From Spirochaetia bacterium (lineage in GTDB: Bacteria; Spirochaetota; Spirochaetia; CADAEX01), in the NCBI GenBank assembly GCA_045606105.1, contig JAZURI010000007.1:37554-101553 (forward strand): a stretch of 64,000 nt of DNA, in the 5' to 3' direction. Positions 60,292 to 64,000 of the stretch are shown piece after piece. Each line of letters starts with the position of its first letter. Position 1 is the stretch's first letter. The position numbers and the translations under genes were made by a program. The notes under the pieces are model-generated. The model saw only the letters and a list, made by a program, of their open reading frames with translations. It was not told the origin of the DNA and searched no databases.

Positions 60292-60771
60292 TTACACTAC
60301 AGCAGCTTCGGCGATACCGAGCTTTTCCTTGATGTCCCTGATGTTATAGGCTCTTGAAAGCTCCTTGCCGTCAGCATTGTAGAAGATGACTGTAGGAACA
60401 GCAAAGATGTTGCTGCCTCTTGCCTTGTCGAGACCTTCCTTGTCGTCTACGGAACAGAAGATTCCGTCCAGGCCTGTTGATGCAATGAAATCCTTTACTG
60501 CAGGACAGTTTGGACAGGTTTTCTTTGTAAAGCATACAAATGAAGCAGGGGCGTTTTCATCGGCCGGAGCTGCGGCTTCCTTGTTTTCAGGATCAAAGCA
60601 TACTCTCTGCTTGAATTCTGATTTTTTACCCTTGTTCCAGTTCTTTACAGATCTGTAGTAGCCTACGATTCTTGTATAAACCTCGGTTTCCTTTCCTTTT
60701 ACATTGCGGAGTTCCTCTCTGCATTCAGCCAGTTCCTTGTTGATTACATCTATATTTCTTTCCTGTGTCAT
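60292..60771 (-). CDS. NrdD glycyl-radical tail fused to a thioredoxin-like CxxC domain
   Basis: Residues 28-60, ETEVYTRIVGYYRSVKNWNKGKKSEFKQRVCFD, match the C-terminal glycyl-radical segment of class III RNRs. A linker PENKEAAAPADENAPA follows. The thioredoxin-like fold has CPNC and the cis-Pro motif AVPT. SD AAGGAG lies 6 nt upstream of the ATG. Confidence 0.75.
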   Translation of the reverse strand: MTQERNIDVINKELAECREELRNVKGKETEVYTRIVGYYRSVKNWNKGKKSEFKQRVCFDPENKEAAAPADENAPASFVCFTKKTCPNCPAVKDFIASTGLDGIFCSVDDKEGLDKARGSNIFAVPTVIFYNADGKELSRAYNIRDIKEKLGIAEAAVV

Positions 60772-60783
60772 AATATTCTCCTT

Positions 60784-62901
60784 TCAAATAAGTGTTACTT
60801 CCGAAAGCTCTGCTTTCTCTTTTTCCAGTGCTGCAATCTTTTCACGCAGCAGCTCTTCCTGCTCCCTTCTGCACTTCTCGCAGGTGAAATGCTCTCCCTT
60901 CAGGTAGCCGTGGATAGGACATACCGAGAAGGTAGGTGAGATTGTGAAGTACGGAAGCCTGTAGTTATAGGCAATGGACTTGACCAGATTCCTGCAGGCC
61001 TGCCAGTCGTCGATGGCCTCACCGATGAAGCCGTGGAATACTGTTCCGCCTGTGTAGAGGGTCTGGAGATCATCCTGGTGATCCAGTGCCTCAAAAATAT
61101 CGGTTGTATAGTTTACCGGAAGCTGTGTGGAGTTTGTGTAGTAAGGATCTGCCTCTCCCGAAGCTATGATTTCAGGATATGCTTCCTTGTCATGCTTTGC
61201 CAGTCTGTAGCTTGTGCTTTCGGCTGGTGTTGCTTCAAGGTTGAAGAGATCTCCTGTTTCCTCCTGGAATTCAGAAAGCTTGTTTCTCATGAAATTGAGG
61301 ATTTCCACCGCAAAGTCCTTTCCTTCCTGTGTGGAGATATCCTTGCCCAGGAAATTGAGGAGACATTCGTTCATACCGCAGATACCGATGGTAGAAAAGT
61401 GGTTGTTGAGGTGCTGCAGGTATCTTTTTGTGTATGGGAAAAGTCCTGTGGTCATGAGACGGTTGATAACCTTTCTCTTGATTACCAGAGATCTGGCTGC
61501 CAGCTTCATGAGGTTTTCCAGTTTCTTGAAAAATTCTTCCTTTGAACCGGAAAGATATCCGATCTTAGGGAGATTGATGGTTACTACACCGATGGAACCG
61601 GTAAATTCGTCTGAGCCGAAAAGTCCTCCGCCCCTTTTTCTGAGCTCTCTCTTGTCCAGCTGGAGTCTGCAGCACATGGAGCGTACATCTCCCGGATTGA
61701 GATTGCTGTTGATGAAGTTCTGGAAGTATGGAGTTCCGTACTTTGCTGTCATTTCGAAAAGAAGTCTTGCATTAGGGGAGTCCCAGTCAAAGCTTCTGGT
61801 GATGTTGTATGTAGGGATAGGATACTGGAAGCCTCTTCCGTTTGCATCTCCGTCCAGCATGAGCTCGATGAAGCACTTGTTGATGATATCCATTTCCCTC
61901 TGACAGTCGCCGTAGGTGAAGTCCATTTCCTTTCCGCCTACAACTGCAGGCTTGTCCTTGAGGTCGTCAGGTACAACCCAGTCCAGGGTAATGTTTGTGA
62001 ACGGTGCCTGTGAACCCCATCTGGATGGAGTGTTTACACCGAAAACAAAGCTCTGGAGCCCCTGCTTTACCTCTTTTTCTCCCAGGTTATCCACCTTTAC
62101 GAAAGGAGCGATATATGTGTCAAAGCTTGAAAGAGCCTGTGCACCTGCCCATTCGTTCTGCATGATTCCCAGGAAGTTGACAATCTGCTGGATCAGTGTA
62201 AGGAGGTGTTTTGCCGGCTTTGATGTGATTTTGTCCGGAACTCCTCCCAGACCCTCTGCAATGAGCTGTCTCAGTGACCAGCCGGCACAGTAGCCGGAGA
62301 ACATTGAAAGGTCGTGGATATGGAAATCTGCGTTCTTGTGGGCATTGGCGATTTCCTCCGGATAGATATTCTTAAGCCAGTAGTTTGCGGTAATGGTTCC
62401 GGAATTGTGGAGAATGAGACCACCCAGTGAGAAGTTCACGTTTGCATTCTCATTTACTCTCCAGTCCGACTGGGACAGATAGCCGTCCATGGTGTTGTTG
62501 ATGTCCAGGATAAGCTTCTTGCTGTCTCTCATGGCCTCGTGCTGGGCTCTGTAAAGGATATATGCCTTTGCAATCTTTGGAACCGATTCCATCATCACCA
62601 CTTCGATGATATCCTGGATTTCCTCGATAGCCGGGGCTGAATTCGGGTGTCTTCCCTGCATGAACTCCCTGAGCTTATCCTCTGTCTTTTCTGTAAGCTT
62701 TTCTGTCAGGTCCTTGTCTTCCATTCCCTGAACCGCACTTACTGCCCTGCTTATGGCACTTGCAATCTTCCATCTGTCATATTTTTCAATGGAGCCGTCT
62801 CTCTTGACAATACGCTTTACAACAAATGAGCTTGCTGTGTTGTCTTCTTCTGATTCAAGATGGAGAAACTCCTTCCAGTCGTTTGTATTTCCCAAAGCCA
62901 T
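60784..62901 (-). CDS. nrdD: anaerobic ribonucleoside-triphosphate reductase catalytic chain, lacking its own glycyl-radical segment
   Basis: ATP-cone-like N-terminus (VVKRDGSIEKYD..KI) and a large NrdD core (RSMCCRLQLD finger-loop region). The C-terminus has CPIHGY...CEKC followed by a coiled-coil tail and TGA. The start is taken at ATG 62901, after GGGAGGAGG. The ORF track starts at TTG 62913. Confidence 0.88.
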   Translation of the reverse strand: MALGNTNDWKEFLHLESEEDNTASSFVVKRIVKRDGSIEKYDRWKIASAISRAVSAVQGMEDKDLTEKLTEKTEDKLREFMQGRHPNSAPAIEEIQDIIEVVMMESVPKIAKAYILYRAQHEAMRDSKKLILDINNTMDGYLSQSDWRVNENANVNFSLGGLILHNSGTITANYWLKNIYPEEIANAHKNADFHIHDLSMFSGYCAGWSLRQLIAEGLGGVPDKITSKPAKHLLTLIQQIVNFLGIMQNEWAGAQALSSFDTYIAPFVKVDNLGEKEVKQGLQSFVFGVNTPSRWGSQAPFTNITLDWVVPDDLKDKPAVVGGKEMDFTYGDCQREMDIINKCFIELMLDGDANGRGFQYPIPTYNITRSFDWDSPNARLLFEMTAKYGTPYFQNFINSNLNPGDVRSMCCRLQLDKRELRKRGGGLFGSDEFTGSIGVVTINLPKIGYLSGSKEEFFKKLENLMKLAARSLVIKRKVINRLMTTGLFPYTKRYLQHLNNHFSTIGICGMNECLLNFLGKDISTQEGKDFAVEILNFMRNKLSEFQEETGDLFNLEATPAESTSYRLAKHDKEAYPEIIASGEADPYYTNSTQLPVNYTTDIFEALDHQDDLQTLYTGGTVFHGFIGEAIDDWQACRNLVKSIAYNYRLPYFTISPTFSVCPIHGYLKGEHFTCEKCRREQEELLREKIAALEKEKAELSEVTLI

Positions 62902-62914
62902 ACCTCCTCCCAAA

Positions 62915-63379
62915 TTACCAGGCTTTTTCGCTTAGCTTTTCAATTTCGCTGACAAATTCGTCAACGTTGTCAAAATGTCTGTAAACTGACGCAAATCTGA
63001 TATAAGCCACCTTATCCAGCTTGAAAATGCTCCGGAGCACCAGTTCTCCCAGCTCTTCGGTGGATATGTCGTTGGTCAGCTGACATCTGAGATAAACCTC
63101 ACTCTCGATCTCTCTCAGGATCTCTCTCAGCCTCTCCTCCGGCACGGCCCGCTTCTCCAGGGATTTGCGTATTCCTCTCTCTATTTTTCCCATATCAAAG
63201 AGCTCCCTGCTTTTATCACGCTTTATTACAGTAAGAGGCGTTTCCTTGATATGCTCGTAGGAGGTGAAGCGATAATGACATGCAAGACATTCCCGTCTTC
63301 TTCTTATGGAAGATCCGTCTACATTCTGCTTGCTTTCAATAACCTTATCGTCAATGCTGCCGCAGGCCGGACATTTCAT
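62915..63379 (-). CDS. nrdR: transcriptional repressor NrdR
   Basis: Zn ribbon MKCPACGS...RRRECLACHYRFT and an ATP-cone domain. SD GGAGG is upstream. Confidence 0.93.
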   Translation of the reverse strand: MKCPACGSIDDKVIESKQNVDGSSIRRRRECLACHYRFTSYEHIKETPLTVIKRDKSRELFDMGKIERGIRKSLEKRAVPEERLREILREIESEVYLRCQLTNDISTEELGELVLRSIFKLDKVAYIRFASVYRHFDNVDEFVSEIEKLSEKAW

Positions 63380-63562
63380 AATGTTCCTCCATTATTACAT
63401 TCGTCAGATATATACCACATATTTAGGGGTATTTTCATTTTTTTTAAAGTTAACACATTATATGAAGGACTGCAACATTAAATTGTAATAAAATGAAAAA
63501 TAGTTTATATTTATTTAGGGCATAAGAATATATACTGCCCCGTACAAGGAAAGAAAGGGAAA

Positions 63563-64000
63563 ATGCTTCTTATTTTAAGTGCTTTAGACAAGGAAATATC
63601 CAGGATTACTGCCTCCCTGTGCCGCAGGAAGGGTATAGATATGGGGGGGAGAACCTTTGTCAGGGGCTTCCTGGAGGGGCAGGAGCTGGTAATGGGAAGT
63701 ACCGGTATGGGTCCCGATGCGGAAAAGGTATGCCTGGAGGCGCTGAAAACCTTCAGACCTGATTATTTTATATTTCTTGGGACGGCAGGGGCCCTTGCTC
63801 CCGGTCTGGTGCAGGGAGATTTCGTGGCAGCCGGAAAAACAGTCTGCCGGGGCGGCGACGGACTGCCTGCCCTTGAGCCGGACAGGAGGCTTCTGGATGC
63901 AGCCCTTTCCTACGACGGGGAGGAAAGATGCCTGGAAGGGACTGTGGTTACAAGTACTGAGGTAATAGACAATCCGGCAGTCAGGGCAGAGCTTTATGAA
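63563..64000 (+). CDS. nucleoside phosphorylase-family protein (MTA/SAH nucleosidase- or futalosine hydrolase-like), runs off the right edge
   Basis: My own translation from ATG 63563 is MLLILSALDKEISRITASL...MGSTGMGPDAEKVCLEALKTFRPDYFIFLGTAGALAPGL..., which fits the PNP_UDP_1-type pattern. It is open to the window end (146 codons). Confidence 0.55.
   Translation, partial: MLLILSALDKEISRITASLCRRKGIDMGGRTFVRGFLEGQELVMGSTGMGPDAEKVCLEALKTFRPDYFIFLGTAGALAPGLVQGDFVAAGKTVCRGGDGLPALEPDRRLLDAALSYDGEERCLEGTVVTSTEVIDNPAVRAELYE

Noticed and set aside
60784-60786. The in-frame TGA between nrdD and the radical-tail ORF might be a selenocysteine or reassigned codon.
   Set aside because: I see no SECIS-like hairpin in the 40 nt after the TGA. 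A canonical SD and ATG follow immediately. A Sec in a coiled-coil linker has no obvious role. TGA is a normal stop elsewhere in the window (for example at 16179, 48165 and 52466). Low-level readthrough remains possible and is mentioned in the finding.

Overview
This is a bacterial chromosomal window of mostly core housekeeping genes. Its centre is a very large contiguous translation/transcription supercluster on the + strand: tRNA-Thr, rpmG, tRNA-Trp, secE, nusG, rplKAJL, rpoBC, rpsLG, tuf, the S10/spc/alpha ribosomal operons, secY, rpmJ, rpsMKD, rpoA and rplQ. Gene order (tuf directly before rpsJ, no fusA after rpsG, no adk/map/infA between secY and rpmJ), RpoB/RpoC lengths and EF-Tu sequence are compatible with a spirochaete, possibly Treponema-like. 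That call is from memory only and cannot be verified here.

The left flank carries a partial chorismate mutase, a RumA-type methyltransferase, an ABC-F ATPase, a probable major porin, an orphan trpB, a sigma-like protein, rdgB, pepF, tRNA-Leu, an MtaD-like deaminase, a TRAP transporter plus Zn-dehydrogenase cluster and an orphan sensor kinase. The right flank carries rny, ymdB, tlyA, tRNA-Thr/Tyr, mltG, dnaG, rpoD, a Zn-ribbon coiled-coil protein, RNase P RNA, and an nrdR-nrdD-nrdG class III ribonucleotide reductase operon. Three short genes missing from the ORF track were found by eye: rpmG, secE and rpmJ. I saw no CRISPR array, transposase, integrase or prophage signal.

The most unusual locus is the nrd operon. 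The NrdD chain stops before its glycyl-radical segment. That segment sits on the next ORF, in the same frame, behind a single TGA followed by a Shine-Dalgarno and an ATG, and is fused to a CxxC thioredoxin-like domain. Secondary leads:
- Twin 22-bp palindromic operators bracket the orphan trpB promoter.
- A sigma-70-like protein has a very long charged linker.
- A COG1579-type Zn-ribbon protein has a 120-aa polyacidic tail, and its stop codon lies 4 nt from rnpB.
- A structured 306-nt spacer sits where fusA is usually found.
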